Below, piece by piece: positions 39,090-49,958 of a stretch of DNA of 64,000 bases. The DNA is from Kiritimatiellia bacterium (lineage in GTDB: Bacteria > Verrucomicrobiota > Kiritimatiellia > WLWN01), in the NCBI GenBank assembly GCA_012103575.1, contig WLWN01000001.1, positions 75,792 to 139,791 on the forward strand, read 5' to 3'. Positions within the stretch are counted from its first letter, which is position 1. Every line of letters begins with the position of its first letter. The position numbers were made by a program, and so were the translations under genes. Under the pieces are notes generated by a model. The model saw nothing but the letters and a program-made list of their open reading frames with translations, did not search any database and was not told where the DNA came from.

Positions 39090-39164
39090 GCGGGGCGTAG
39101 CTCAGCCTGGTAGAGCGCTACGTTCGGGACGTAGAAGCCGTGGGTTCAAATCCCGCCGCCCCGA
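39090..39164 (+). tRNA. tRNA-Pro (anticodon CGG)
   Basis: Hand-folded cloverleaf: acceptor CGGGGCG/CGCCCCG, anticodon loop TTCGGGA, T-arm GTGGG-TTCAAAT-CCCGC. Confidence 0.8.
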
Positions 39165-39212
39165 CCCAACAAACCACGGAGTTGTAAACGGCATGGATGA
39201 AACGGAGAATTG

Positions 39213-39668
39213 TTAGCTCTTGTTTTTTTGGTACTCCTGGAGCAGTGACTGCCACTCTGTAATGAAGTCATTGTAGTGGTCTTTCGTAAAGCTGTTGATG
39301 AACTGCTCACCAGTGGTTGATAAGGCAACGCACCTGTAAGTAACGGTAACATCTGTGGTCTCTTGTCCTGAATCAGAGCAGGTAACTCTGATGACTCCGA
39401 TTTTCTCCTCTGGTTCTACTCTGTAGAGCTCAATTACGTAATTTCCGGGATCGTAGTGTTTCACGATCCAGAGAGCTTTGGTTGCGGTGTGGTCATGCGT
39501 CTTCGTCGTAAAGATGTAGTCTTCGCAGAGCTCTGTTGTGCCCATAAGATTCTGGTAATTCCACCCTAGCACCCATTCCTTCTCGCCCTCTGGGCTAAAC
39601 AAATGGAACGCTTGTTCAATGGGTATTTCTTCTATCTTGAATGCTTTGCTGCAGGCTATAGACGTCAT
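39213..39668 (-). CDS. hypothetical protein, possibly SRPBCC/START-like
   Basis: 151 aa ORF between two tRNA-Pro genes; weak resemblance only. Confidence 0.3.
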   Translation of the reverse strand: MTSIACSKAFKIEEIPIEQAFHLFSPEGEKEWVLGWNYQNLMGTTELCEDYIFTTKTHDHTATKALWIVKHYDPGNYVIELYRVEPEEKIGVIRVTCSDSGQETTDVTVTYRCVALSTTGEQFINSFTKDHYNDFITEWQSLLQEYQKNKS

Positions 39669-39919
39669 CTTTTTCCGGTTCAGTTATTCGGGTTGGACCA
39701 AAGGTTTGTCTAGAGTATTAACGACTTACGCAAGAAAATTTTCCTATATTAGCTCTTAGAATCAATTATTGATCCTGAAAATAAGCTGCAAGCCAGATTG
39801 TTAGATTCAGCTCTCACAATAATTGGAGGAGAGCCCATTACTCAAGACCCTTGAAAATCCTATCCAAAAATCCTTCCCAGCATCCCCCTAAAATCTCCAA
39901 ATCTCAAAACTGTCTAAAG

Positions 39920-39996
<77 letters not shown>

Positions 39997-40159
39997 AACC
40001 CGTTCATTTTCTGATGACACTCTTTTCGGTCCACGAATCTAGAAAGTTTGTGATCAGACAATCATCATTACGCTTTCTGTACATTACAAGCATGCGTACA
40101 TTCATTTCAAGGTTTTTTCTTCCAAAGCATTAGATTAGAACTCCCAGCTTATGCTAATC

Positions 40160-41206
40160 GGTAGAGTAACAATACAAGTGCAAAGGTCCGCAGCATAGTT
40201 CATTCTTTGGGTATCTGCCCCCCCCCAAAGGAGAACATAGAATGCCACGAACCTACGAACATTTAAACCGTTATGAACGAGAAGTGATAGCCCAGATGCT
40301 AAAAGAAAAATATAGCTTATCTCAAATTGGCCGTCGCCTGGGCCGATCCCCCTCGACTATTTGGCGCGAATTTCGCCGTAATCGAGTCTGTGGCCGCTAT
40401 TACCCAAGATCCGCAAATGGCCTGGCTCAAAGCCGATTACAGCTAGCTCGAAAGCCTCAAAAAGTGATGGGAGCTAGCAAAGAACAAGTGGAGACTCTCC
40501 TGGCGAAGTATTGGTCTCCAGAACAGATTGAAGGTCGAAGAAAGCTAGAAGGTGACCCCTCCCATCAGTCGAATGACGATCTACCGCTACTTGTACAGTC
40601 CAAGAGGGGCTGGCTACCGAAAATACCTGCGTGGCCCCGGAAAGAAAAAACGAGCGACTCGGAAAAGCCATTCACGTATACACAACCAAACGATGATTGA
40701 CCAACGCCCCGAAGAGGGTGAAAGTCGCAAGGTGGCAGGCCATTGGGAAGGTGACACTATTCAGGGCCAAACGAGAAAAGAGGCCTGTGTAGTCACTCTA
40801 GTAGATCGAGCGACTCAATATCTCATCGCCGATCTTTTACCTCGATGCAATGCCGAATCGGTCAACCGTTCCGTACCTCAGTTCGCTGATTCAGGGCTCC
40901 CCTGTAAAACGGTGACTGTAGATAATGGCATGGAGTTTGCCAGCCATGCTAAACTACAGAAAAAAATAGCAACCCCCATTTTCTTTGCTGAAGGGAGAAA
41001 CCCTTGGCAAAGAGGGAGCAACGAAAACACGAATGGTTTGCTTCGCCAGTTTTTCCCGAAGAAAACCGACTTTGCTGCCCACAGCTCCGCTCAGTTGAGC
41101 TGGGCTGTAGAGTTACTGAATAATAGACCGAGAAAATGCTTAGAATATAGAACGCCCAAAGAAATGATGGACAGCTTCGGTTTTGCACTTGTAAGTTGAG
41201 TCTGCA
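40160..41206 (+). mobile_element. IS30-family element (type 1), transposase frameshifted
   Basis: Transposase split into ORFs 40242-40700 and 40552-41199 by a 1-nt insertion in a C-run (GACCCCTCCC versus GACCCTCCC). Confidence 0.8.
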
Positions 41207-42641
41207 CATACGCAAAGTCGGTCCGGGTCCCATTCCCGTATTCACGACGTTCGGCACGGGTAGGTCCTATATAATCGTACGTGGCCACCAGACCATTCTG
41301 GTCTGTTATGCTTTGCTTACGTTCGAGCTCATCGTACGTACAGGTAACAACACGGCCTCCTGGATAAATACATGAAAGCATGTTGTCCACTCCGTCATAG
41401 GTGCAACTGTTTGTTTCTCCGTTAAGAACTTCTTGAATGATATAAGACAGGGAATCATAACTACGCGTGATCACCGAGTCATTGTCTTGGACATAAATGA
41501 TTCTGGATAACCCATCATATTGACAGCTTTCAAAGAGGGTGTTCGAAGAAATGCCGGGACCGGGCAACACATTTTTAGCCATAAGACGATCAAGCTGATC
41601 ATAGATATTTGACATGATGCTGCCATTGGCATCAATGCTCTGAACGAGGTTATCGTACACGTCATAGAAACTGCTATGGGTAGTGCCATCTGCATAGATG
41701 GTTAAGACCTCACGATCTAAGGGGTCATATCCGTAAGTGGTTGTATTCCCGTTATCATCGGTTATGGACGTGAGACGCGAAGAGTCATCCCAGACCCGGC
41801 TAATGGTAATGATATCAATAAAATTGCCACTTCCGGTACCATCGTCGGTTAAATCGTTCATGCTACTTGTAAGGCGATTGAGACCATCGTATTCATATCG
41901 AGATCTATTCCCCAAGGCATCAATCAAAAGCATATGATTATCGCGAGAGTCGTACGCGTATTCGATCGTATTAGAAGTATTATCGATGCTCTTAATACGA
42001 CGATTGAGGTTGTCATATTGATAGGTTGTCGTGAAAAGTTAGGGTTCCCCTGGTCAGATTTTTCTATCTCATCGACTTGTAATACGTTGTTATTGGCATC
42101 GTAGGCATAGGTAGAGATGTTGCTCTTAGCGTCTGTGCCAATAGATACACGATGGGCAGTATCGTATACGGTAAAGGTCTCGTTGCTATTATCGTTTTTA
42201 GTCCGTACAACTTGGGAGGCATCACTATAATAGAACTCAGTAATGGATTGGCCATCACCAATGGGCCATTGTGTAGTCGAATCAAAAAACTCGGTTTCTG
42301 TGCGAATACGACGATCCATAGTATCGTAAATATAAGCTGTTTCTGACAGACGGACATTATTTACCTAACCGATCAGATCGGTTAACTCACCATCGGTCTG
42401 CTCTGAGACACGATTATGATTGTCGTCATAGTGATAGGTCGCGACATTGCCCATGGAATCGGTTACCGCAACGGGTCGATTGTACTCATCATACACATAA
42501 GCTGTTATGTGTGGGGAACCTTCAAGCCCTTATAAGGTTCTAATCAGACTTCCGTTTTTATTGTAATCATATTGTACGGTTGACTGGTCAGGGCCACCTC
42601 CTGCTCGAACCACTTGAAAGAGTTTATCGCGTTCGTCATTC
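41207..42641 (-). pseudogene. RHS/YD-repeat protein, internal fragment with frameshifts, both ends cut by IS elements
   Basis: Repeated YD motifs (YEYDGLNRL, YGYDPLDRE, YDQLDRL, TYDELERK, YAYDANNNV); ORF pieces 41091-41933, 41924-42319 and further. Confidence 0.6.
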
Positions 42642-43867
42642 GGTGGATTGTAAAATTAAATGCCGCAAAAAATGGACCTGAGAGCTTCTGCTCATGCGGC
42701 GATCTCCAAATCGAAACACTCCTGTGCGGGTTTGTATTCTAGGATCTTGCGAGGATAGTTGTTAATCCATTTTTCAATCTCACCAATACGGTCGATGGTA
42801 TATTTTCCGATGTTGTCTCCTTTGGCGACGAAACGACAAACCATACGGTTGGCATTTTCGTTGGAGCCTCGTTCCCAGGAAGAATACGGGTGAGCATAAT
42901 AGAGTTTAACACGTCTCTTTTTGCTAAATCCGGAACGTTCCATCTGCTCCACGTCGAGAAGCTCGCTCCCGTTATCGGCTGTAATCGACTTGAACATCGA
43001 TCTGAATGGGCCAACTCCCGTCGATCTTTCGATCGCTTTGAGGGCCTGCAGAACCGATGCCTGTGTTTTATCCGAAAGTTTTCTCACCCTTAGCATTCGG
43101 GTCTTTCTTTCTACTAACGTCATTAAAACCGGTTTTGAAGTTCCTTTTCCGCCGACGATCAAATCCAATTCCCAGTGCCCAAATTCCTCGCGTTTTTCTA
43201 CGGTCTTAGGTCGTTTTTCGATACTGGTCCTTCGGGCATGTTGCTTTTTAACCCGCTTAATAGCACGTCTTTTTCGTTTTATCCGTTTTCGTTTTTCCCA
43301 TAGGGACTCGTTGCTCACCCCCGGGATGAGACCTTGGTCAATATAGGTATACAGCGTTTTTGTACTCACCGCTGCAGGTCTCTGCTCTTGTTTAAGCAAA
43401 GGAGCAACCACATCGGGTGAGCGTTTGTGAACAAGAATGTGCTCGCTGGTAAACACGGCCGCTTCATGATGCTTTCCAAGCTTAAGCTCAGGTCCCTTGG
43501 CCGTCGCATTTAGATCATGAAGTTCCTGGGCTCGATCACTGCTGTATGCTTTCTTCTTTCGCGGCTCTGTATCGAAATGCTCTACCTCCCCACGTTTGAT
43601 TTCGCGCTCTATGGTTCGACGATGCCTTCCCAGATAGCTAGTAGCTATCTCCAAAGGACGTCCTCGGTTTTTGAGCATTGTTTCAATCATGATCCGTTCT
43701 TTCTGTGTCAAATGCTTGCCTTTTCGGGGATGAATACTACTCTTGATTTGTTCCATGTCTTTTTCCTTTTTTTGTCTTCTGTCGAGTTTCTAAATCTAGA
43801 AGATTTCGGCATGGAACACTCCTGTTTTACAATATCTTCTTTTGGGCATTTAATATTACAATTCTCA
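42642..43867 (-). mobile_element. IS30-family element (type 2), copy A
   Basis: Ends TGAGAATTGTAATATTAAATGCC / GGCATTTAATTTTACAATCC; near-identical to copy at 49959-51183 in inverted orientation. Confidence 0.75.
42692..43756 (-). CDS. IS30-family transposase (354 aa)
   Basis: GHWELDLIVGG...ITADNGSEL...YYAHPYSSWERGSNENANRMV DDE block. Confidence 0.8.
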   Translation of the reverse strand: MEQIKSSIHPRKGKHLTQKERIMIETMLKNRGRPLEIATSYLGRHRRTIEREIKRGEVEHFDTEPRKKKAYSSDRAQELHDLNATAKGPELKLGKHHEAAVFTSEHILVHKRSPDVVAPLLKQEQRPAAVSTKTLYTYIDQGLIPGVSNESLWEKRKRIKRKRRAIKRVKKQHARRTSIEKRPKTVEKREEFGHWELDLIVGGKGTSKPVLMTLVERKTRMLRVRKLSDKTQASVLQALKAIERSTGVGPFRSMFKSITADNGSELLDVEQMERSGFSKKRRVKLYYAHPYSSWERGSNENANRMVCRFVAKGDNIGKYTIDRIGEIEKWINNYPRKILEYKPAQECFDLEIAA

Positions 43868-43922
43868 CATATAAAATCTATATGAAGCTTGACCTTAACG
43901 AACCGTAGGTATATCTTTAGAC

Positions 43923-44126
43923 ATGGATACTTCGATTATACAGAAGATGAATACACAAGAACAGTTGCAAACTATGGAGCAGCTTTGGGACAACTTGTGT
44001 AGACGTTGTGATTACCCTCTCACGCCTGAATGGCACGAAGACATTCTTAATGAGAGAAAGGCTATTCTCGACTCAGAAAATGCTTCATTGCTTTCCTTAG
44101 ATGAAATCAGGAAGCAACGAACCTAA
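43923..44126 (+). CDS. putative addiction-module antitoxin (TIGR02574-like)
   Basis: 67 aa; MEQLWDNL...LTPEWHEDILNERKAIL pattern; stop overlaps start of downstream toxin (ATGA). Confidence 0.5.
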   Translation: MDTSIIQKMNTQEQLQTMEQLWDNLCRRCDYPLTPEWHEDILNERKAILDSENASLLSLDEIRKQRT

Positions 44127-44428
44127 TGTTTCAAAAAGAAGTCTTGGTCCTCAAAGAAGTAAAAGAGGACATTGAATTAGGTAAAACTTTTTATGACTCA
44201 ATAGAACCTGGTGTTGGCCACTACTTTGCAAGCTGTATTTTAGCTGATCTCGAATCGTTACCGTTTTATTCAGGTGTACACAAGAAGATTTTTGGAGTCT
44301 ATCAAGCTTTATCAAAGAGATTCCCGTTTGGTATATATTACGAAATTAAAAATGAAACGATCATCGTTGTGGCTATACTTAACATGAGGCAAAATCCTGA
44401 GTCAATCCACAAAAGATTAACACGCTAA
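44126..44428 (+). CDS. RelE/ParE-family toxin
   Basis: 100 aa; C-terminal FPFGIYYEIKNETIIVVAILNMRQNP typical of ParE/RelE fold. Confidence 0.6.
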   Translation: MFQKEVLVLKEVKEDIELGKTFYDSIEPGVGHYFASCILADLESLPFYSGVHKKIFGVYQALSKRFPFGIYYEIKNETIIVVAILNMRQNPESIHKRLTR

Positions 44429-44721
44429 TAAAATCAGGATTCGTTCAACAATTAGATCCACCTAATACCACTCGCTGCGCCCACATTCTGGATCTATCGC
44501 ATAGGGTATTTATTTCGAGGTAACTGGTAACGAAACAAAGAACCACATGCATCCTTATAACTTATATTTAAAGGTATGGCCCCATTCCATTCACAACCTG
44601 AACCCGGACTACCTCATTTTTCTTTGCCTTGTTTACCACTTTTCGGTAGCGCAATCAAGATGCGCCCTTTTGGGGGGGTGTTTTGGTTTGATATGTTTCT
44701 GAATGCTGCTATGCTTTATTT

Positions 44722-44961
44722 ATGAGTCCGACAGTTTTTAGAGAAAAAGGGTATCGATTTTACTTTTTTTCGTTGGAAGAAAATCGGATGCATGTGCATG
44801 TCGCCTGTTCAGATGGCGATGCAAAATTTTGGCTCGAACCTAAAATTGACCTTGCCATGCAGCGTGGTCTTGCACCACACCGGCTAAATCAAATTCGGAA
44901 GATTATAGGAGACCATCAAAATGAGCTCACAGATGCTTGGCGAGAACACCTCGCTCGTTGA
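44722..44961 (+). CDS. DUF4160-family protein (toxin-antitoxin pair component)
   Basis: 79 aa; FYFFSLEENRMHVHV motif. Confidence 0.6.
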   Translation: MSPTVFREKGYRFYFFSLEENRMHVHVACSDGDAKFWLEPKIDLAMQRGLAPHRLNQIRKIIGDHQNELTDAWREHLAR

Positions 44962-45181
44962 GGTAACACACATGGACATCCGAGGGTTTTGGCTCTATGT
45001 CGACGGAACGGAACATTATCTGCCCTTTGACGACTTTCCCTGGTTTGCCAATGCAACCGTTAGGCAAATCTGCCATATTGAGCGATATCGTCCTCACCAT
45101 TTTCACTGGCCAGATATTGATGTTGATCTAACACTTGATATGATTGATCATCCCGATAAGTATCCTCTAAAATACACGTGA
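44921..45181 (+). CDS. DUF2442-family protein (partner of DUF4160)
   Basis: 86 aa; overlaps upstream gene by 41 nt; VEVTHMDIRGFWLYVDGTEHYLPFDDFPWF pattern. Confidence 0.55.
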   Translation: MSSQMLGENTSLVEVTHMDIRGFWLYVDGTEHYLPFDDFPWFANATVRQICHIERYRPHHFHWPDIDVDLTLDMIDHPDKYPLKYT

Positions 45182-45435
45182 AATACGAAGCATATGAGGC
45201 CATATATAATGAAGGGAAAGAAAGCAACGAACAATAGGTCCTCCTGCATACTCTATTCTGGGCATCCTCGGACACTAAACAAATAAGGGTAAGTCACCGA
45301 TACTTAAATCCGAGGACACCTTTTCCCCGAGAGAACGAAGCAAAGAACCGCGTACCCTTTTCCTAATCTTCCTTTTGTCTGGCCGTTATTCGCCAAGCTA
45401 AAAATTGGAAAATTGGAGACCTGACCCGAATGGCA

Positions 45436-46031
45436 CTAACTTAAGCATGATTTCCTTTTGTTTAACCAATGGCGATTTCTGTGAGCAGGCACAATCATTT
45501 CGTGCCTTGGTTTAGTCAGCAAATGATAGTTTTTTCGTCGTCTCTTTACAGCTCGAGGTTCACTTCTGCCAGGGCGTTGCCGCAAGGGTCTTTGGGTCAT
45601 GCTTTCATAGAGCATAAAAATCAAACCGAAACGTTCCTTCCGACTCATTCTCGCTTGATTTAGATTCGGCTCCCAACTGCGCAAGGCTTGAAGCGAAGTT
45701 TTGAAGCTAATTTGCCGAACGGGCAAACCAGCCTCTTCAGCCGCCTCATACATGATCCGGCGCATGCAGTTGTAGGCAATAAAATACATCACCATCTCTT
45801 TTCGGATCATTTCCGGGCTCTTGCATCGTAAGATATCCATACCCAGCGTTGTTTTTATATCACGGAAAAAGAGTTCAACATCCCAACGCCGAAAATACAC
45901 ATCGGCTAAATCTTTGGCAGGGTACTTTTCTGCATCTAATAATGTGGTGACCAGATAGATCACTTTAGATCGAAAGCCGGGCTGATTGATCGTTATTTTA
46001 ACTTGGCGTAGGAACAAACTAGAGCGCTTCA
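45436..46031 (-). pseudogene. IS4-family (DDE_Tnp_1) transposase, C-terminal fragment; 5' part removed by IS630 insertion
   Basis: YFRRWDVELFFRDIKTTLGMD (Y-R-E-K signature) ; ORF 45436-46056 runs into IS630 end. Confidence 0.6.
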
Positions 46032-46871
46032 CGATTGAGGTGTCGCGATGTAGCACGAAGAAAACCAGCCGATTACCTCGTCGGGAGAAACCTCTTCGGA
46101 CGCTTGTGTGATCGCTTCAGATAGTTCCTGCTGACTGCGGGCTGCAAGGCTGCCCAACCGATTCTTTATCTTGCCCCATATTTTTTCAATGGGGTTGGAA
46201 TCGGGGCTGTAGGGTGGAAGGAATCTTACATGGGCCCCACATGACTCAGTGAGTTCAATGACCTTGGGATTGTGATGGACGCGAAGATTGTCCATGATGA
46301 CGATGTCTTCAGGTGAAAGGGTCGGGAGAAAAACCCGGCGAATATATTCTCCAAAAACAACCGTCTCTGTCGCCCCCTCCCCCTCCATGGCCGCTGTTGT
46401 TCCGTCCAGGCGGACCGAAGAAATCAAGGTGGTGGTACACCAATGTCCATGAGACGTTTTGGCAAAAAGCCTGTTCCCGCCCAACGCCCGGCCCCGCAGA
46501 CGAGTCATATTCGTTTTCGCCCCGGATTCATCAATAAAGACAAGGCGACTTGGATCAAGTTTGGCCACCTCGTTGGATCCACTGCTTTCTCAAGAGATTT
46601 ACATCCGCCCGGTAACGCCTTGAGCTGCTTTCCGCTGTAGAGGGCCTGACAATGCCCACGCGGTCGGGGAGCGGTCTGTCCGGTTTCGTTGAAACGAGAG
46701 AGCCCACGCTGAAACGTTCTAAGATCTACACGATAAGAAGATGCGATATCGGCCTGGGAACCTTTGCCCATTTTGTAGGCATCTATCGCACGCCGCCGGA
46801 TTTCTGCTGTTGCTATACTCGTGTCATGGAGTATAGATCTTCTAAAGAGGCATTTCAATCGTTAAATGCTC
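46032..46871 (-). mobile_element. IS630-family element with ~150-bp internal deletion (TA-flanked)
   Basis: TA at 46030-46031 and 46872-46873; transposase ORFs 46505-46858 and 46029-46568. Confidence 0.8.
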
Positions 46872-47050
46872 TAGCAGAATCGTTGGGGTTCAGGCCATGA
46901 TTGTTTTCCCACTAATTCGGCAAGCCATCTAGATCGGTATCCACTCCAGGATCAAAACTGAACAAATTCTTTACTTGTCCGACGTTTGCAATGGCATAAT
47001 CATCGGCGATCCCTCCTGTCCAGGGATATTAGTTGGTATACCCACCACAA

Positions 47051-47416
47051 TCAACCAATCGTAAAAATTTGCGGCAATCGTTTTGATCTGCGCAAGATTA
47101 AGAGGGACATAATTTCCCTGACTTGAAAAGCCATATACCACATATTGGAGACCACATCCTGTTCGGGAATGGCTGTTGGTGGGAGATGGGTTTTTAGATA
47201 CTGATACCCCTGAAAGGCAATATGCTTGACCTGTCCATCAAGGACTGGAGAGTAGTCATCAGGGGATACATTGCTATTAATCACTCCCCGACTCGTCCAC
47301 CATTGGGGCGGAGCAGAGAAAACATGGGACGATGCGCCCATGCTAAACAGCAAGGTTAATATCCATAGGGCTATGCTTTTAATCCGAAACATTATCAATT
47401 TTTTCCTTATCTTCAC
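47051..47416 (-). CDS. hypothetical secreted protein
   Basis: 121 aa with N-terminal signal-peptide-like segment; no family recognised. Confidence 0.3.
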   Translation of the reverse strand: MKIRKKLIMFRIKSIALWILTLLFSMGASSHVFSAPPQWWTSRGVINSNVSPDDYSPVLDGQVKHIAFQGYQYLKTHLPPTAIPEQDVVSNMWYMAFQVREIMSLLILRRSKRLPQIFTIG

Positions 47417-47450
47417 TTTACGTTTTTGAATCCTCGATGTTCGATCCTGG

Positions 47451-49125
47451 CTATTCAGCTTTCGAACCCTCAGGGACTATTCGTGTAACTCCCCATCTGG
47501 AGATCGCCACGTGGTTGTATTGAATCGTGTTGAAAGCGGTCAGGATCAGGCTGTTTACAAGATTCGTGTCCGTTGTCGGCCAAGTCGATCGTGTTTCACT
47601 TCCGAGCGTAAGCGTTCCTCCAATCGTTAATCCGCCACTGATGGTATCACCTGCTTTATTGACATAGTTCGTCAACTGACTGGATGAAGCAAAGGTAGAG
47701 GCATCCAGACCGTCGAGCAGGTCCGCATTCCAATTCGTCCACAGAGTTGTGGAGGCCGTGCTCTTCTGGTTGAAATTAATCTGCTCATTTCCGTCATAGG
47801 TTATCGTTCCATCTATAAAATCGATTTCACTGCGATCATTCGACCCGGGATTAATACCTATATCACGAATATTCAGGGCACCGGTCATCGTGTCGCCCGC
47901 TTTGGTCACATAACGTCCATCGGCGGCGTTAGTGCTTATCGTTTCTGGCCAGGTGGTCAGCGCCGTCCCACCAAGCGTTAACGATTGGGCACTTACATCT
48001 CCGCCTACCGACAGGCTCCCACTGACCGCTCCTCCCATTTTATCTACATAATTGGTCAACTGACTATTTTGAGCAAAGCTCGAGGACTCCAACCCGTCAA
48101 TGAGATCCGCATTCCAATTCGTCCACAGAGTCGTGGAAGCCGTACTTTTCTAGCTAAAATTGATCTGTTCGGTGCCATCATAAGTTATTGTTCCATCTAT
48201 AAAGTCAATTTCACCACGATCGTTTGACCCGGGGTTAATACCGATGTCGCGAATATTCAGAGCGCCGGTCATGGTATCGCCCGCCTTGGTCACATAGCGA
48301 CCATCGGCGGCATTAGTGCTTATCGTTTCTGGCCAGGTGGTCAGCGCCGTCCCACCAAGCGTTAACGATTGGGCACTTACATCTTCGCCTACCGACAAGC
48401 TCTCACTCACGGCTCCTCCCGTTTTATCTACATAATTGGTCAACTGACTATTTTAGACAAACGTCGAGGCCTCTAAACCGTCAATGAGATCGGCATTCCA
48501 ATTTGTCCATAGAGTTGTGGAGGCCGTACTCTTCTGGTTGAAAATTGATCTGTTCGGTGCCGCCGTAAGTTATCGTCCCATCTATAAAGTCGATTTCACC
48601 ATCCTGATTCGACCCGGGGTTAGCCCCAATATGACTAACTTCCAGTGGGCCGGTCATCGTGTCTCCTGATTTGCTTACATAACAACCATCGGCGGCATTG
48701 GTGCTTATGGTTTCCGACCAATTGGTGATCGCTGTCCCGTCCAGCGTCGACGATTGAGCGACGCTTACATCTCCTGATACTGACAAGCCACCACTGATCG
48801 TATCACCTGTTTTATTCACATAACGACCATCAGCCTGATTCGTGCTTATCGTCTCTAGCCAGTTCGTAATCGTGCTCCCATTAAGAGTCAAGGAACCCGC
48901 CGTTACATCAGCGTCTACCGTCAGATCTTGTTTGAACAGCACATTACTGTTTACCGCTAGATCACCTTCCATGATAATGGCATTAGTTGCTATTTCTGCC
49001 TGAATGAGTAAAGAGAAGCTCAACAGAACCCCTAAAAAACAAAAACACCGCCTCAGAGAATAAAACCCAAAGAAAGAGGGGGGGAAGGAATCTTTATGGT
49101 TGGTCTCAAACAGTTGTCTTTTCAT
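47451..49125 (-). pseudogene. phage-tail-fibre-repeat protein with signal peptide, interrupted by a TAG, a TAA and a 1-nt insertion
   Basis: Three ORF pieces (48481-49125, 48150-48443, 47451-48092); recurring DGRYV(T/N)K(A/T)GDT(M/I)(T/S)G motif; tandem 384-bp units. Confidence 0.55.
47657..48808. repeat. tandem repeat, period 384 bp (128 codons), about 3 units, inside the tail-fibre-like gene
   Basis: TATCTACATAATTGGTCAACTGACTA recurs at 48041 and 48425; diverged homologue at 47657. Confidence 0.7.
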
Positions 49126-49182
49126 GGCTATATGCTCCCTTTTTTTACTATTCGTTAGATCATTGAATTATTGATTTAATAT

Positions 49183-49883
49183 TTATCTTATAAATACGGT
49201 TCCCCTAGGTCTGAAGATGATGGTTCCATTTGGTTTGAGTATCTGTTCATCATAACTACCCCCTTTTATTTCTAAGATATCTTGATCGAAAGCTACAGCC
49301 AAACCGCCTTCAACCGTTTCCTTGGGCCCATGACCATTTTCGACTATTGGTTTCACGCCATCATAGAGGTCATCGCCTGTAAGTGAATTGGCGTATAGAA
49401 TGATATGTGCGCTCTGTATATTCGTTGGATCCGTGCCGCGTTGGTACTCTTGGACATTGATGAACCCGTCACCATCCAGGTCTTGGGTTCCATCAATCTG
49501 GTCAAGCGGGTCTAAAAAGGATCTGTTTAATTCATAGACATCATCAATGCCATCCTGATCGGTATCCAGCGCATTGGTTATGGCCACGCGTTGGACATAA
49601 TAGAAGCCCATCGAATTCGTTGATGTCCCGAGCAGTTGCCCGCTAGCCTGCTGACCAAGGGCCATGTAGGTGGCCACTGTCATATCGGTTAGGGTCGGGC
49701 CATGAAGCAAAGTATAGTAATAGTTTGTACTGGACTGGTGGTGAATTTAAGAGTTGTTCAAATTATGGAACTGAACATCGGTGATTTGAAAATCCTGAGC
49801 ACTAACAAAATAACTAAGAGAAAGAGATAGAAGAAGTGCGGCGCCTGTCCTCCCCAAAAATTTACCTACTTTAAACCCCATTC
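49183..49883 (-). pseudogene. secreted protein with calcium-binding-like D-x-D-x-D-G repeats; signal peptide separated from body by frameshift/stop
   Basis: Signal peptide MRMGFKVGKFLGRTGAALLLSLSLSYFVSA ends in TAA (~49740); body ORF 49183-49710 with DTDQDGIDD and DLDGDGFIN motifs. Confidence 0.35.
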
Positions 49884-49958
49884 TCATCCTAAACACTATC
49901 TCCTTTTTATATTTAAAAAATGACAATGGAAAGATTTAAAGATTGTGTCAACTAAAAT

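Noticed and set aside
43517-43885. 122-aa and 118-aa ORFs (43517-43885, 49952-50308) antisense to the IS30 type 2 transposase
   Set aside because: Antisense overlap with a well-supported transposase gene; present only because the IS is duplicated.
47451-49125. Possible prophage, suggested by the tail-fibre-repeat protein
   Set aside because: No capsid, terminase, portal, integrase or lysis genes nearby; the protein has a signal peptide and is degraded, so an isolated domesticated or decayed gene is more likely.
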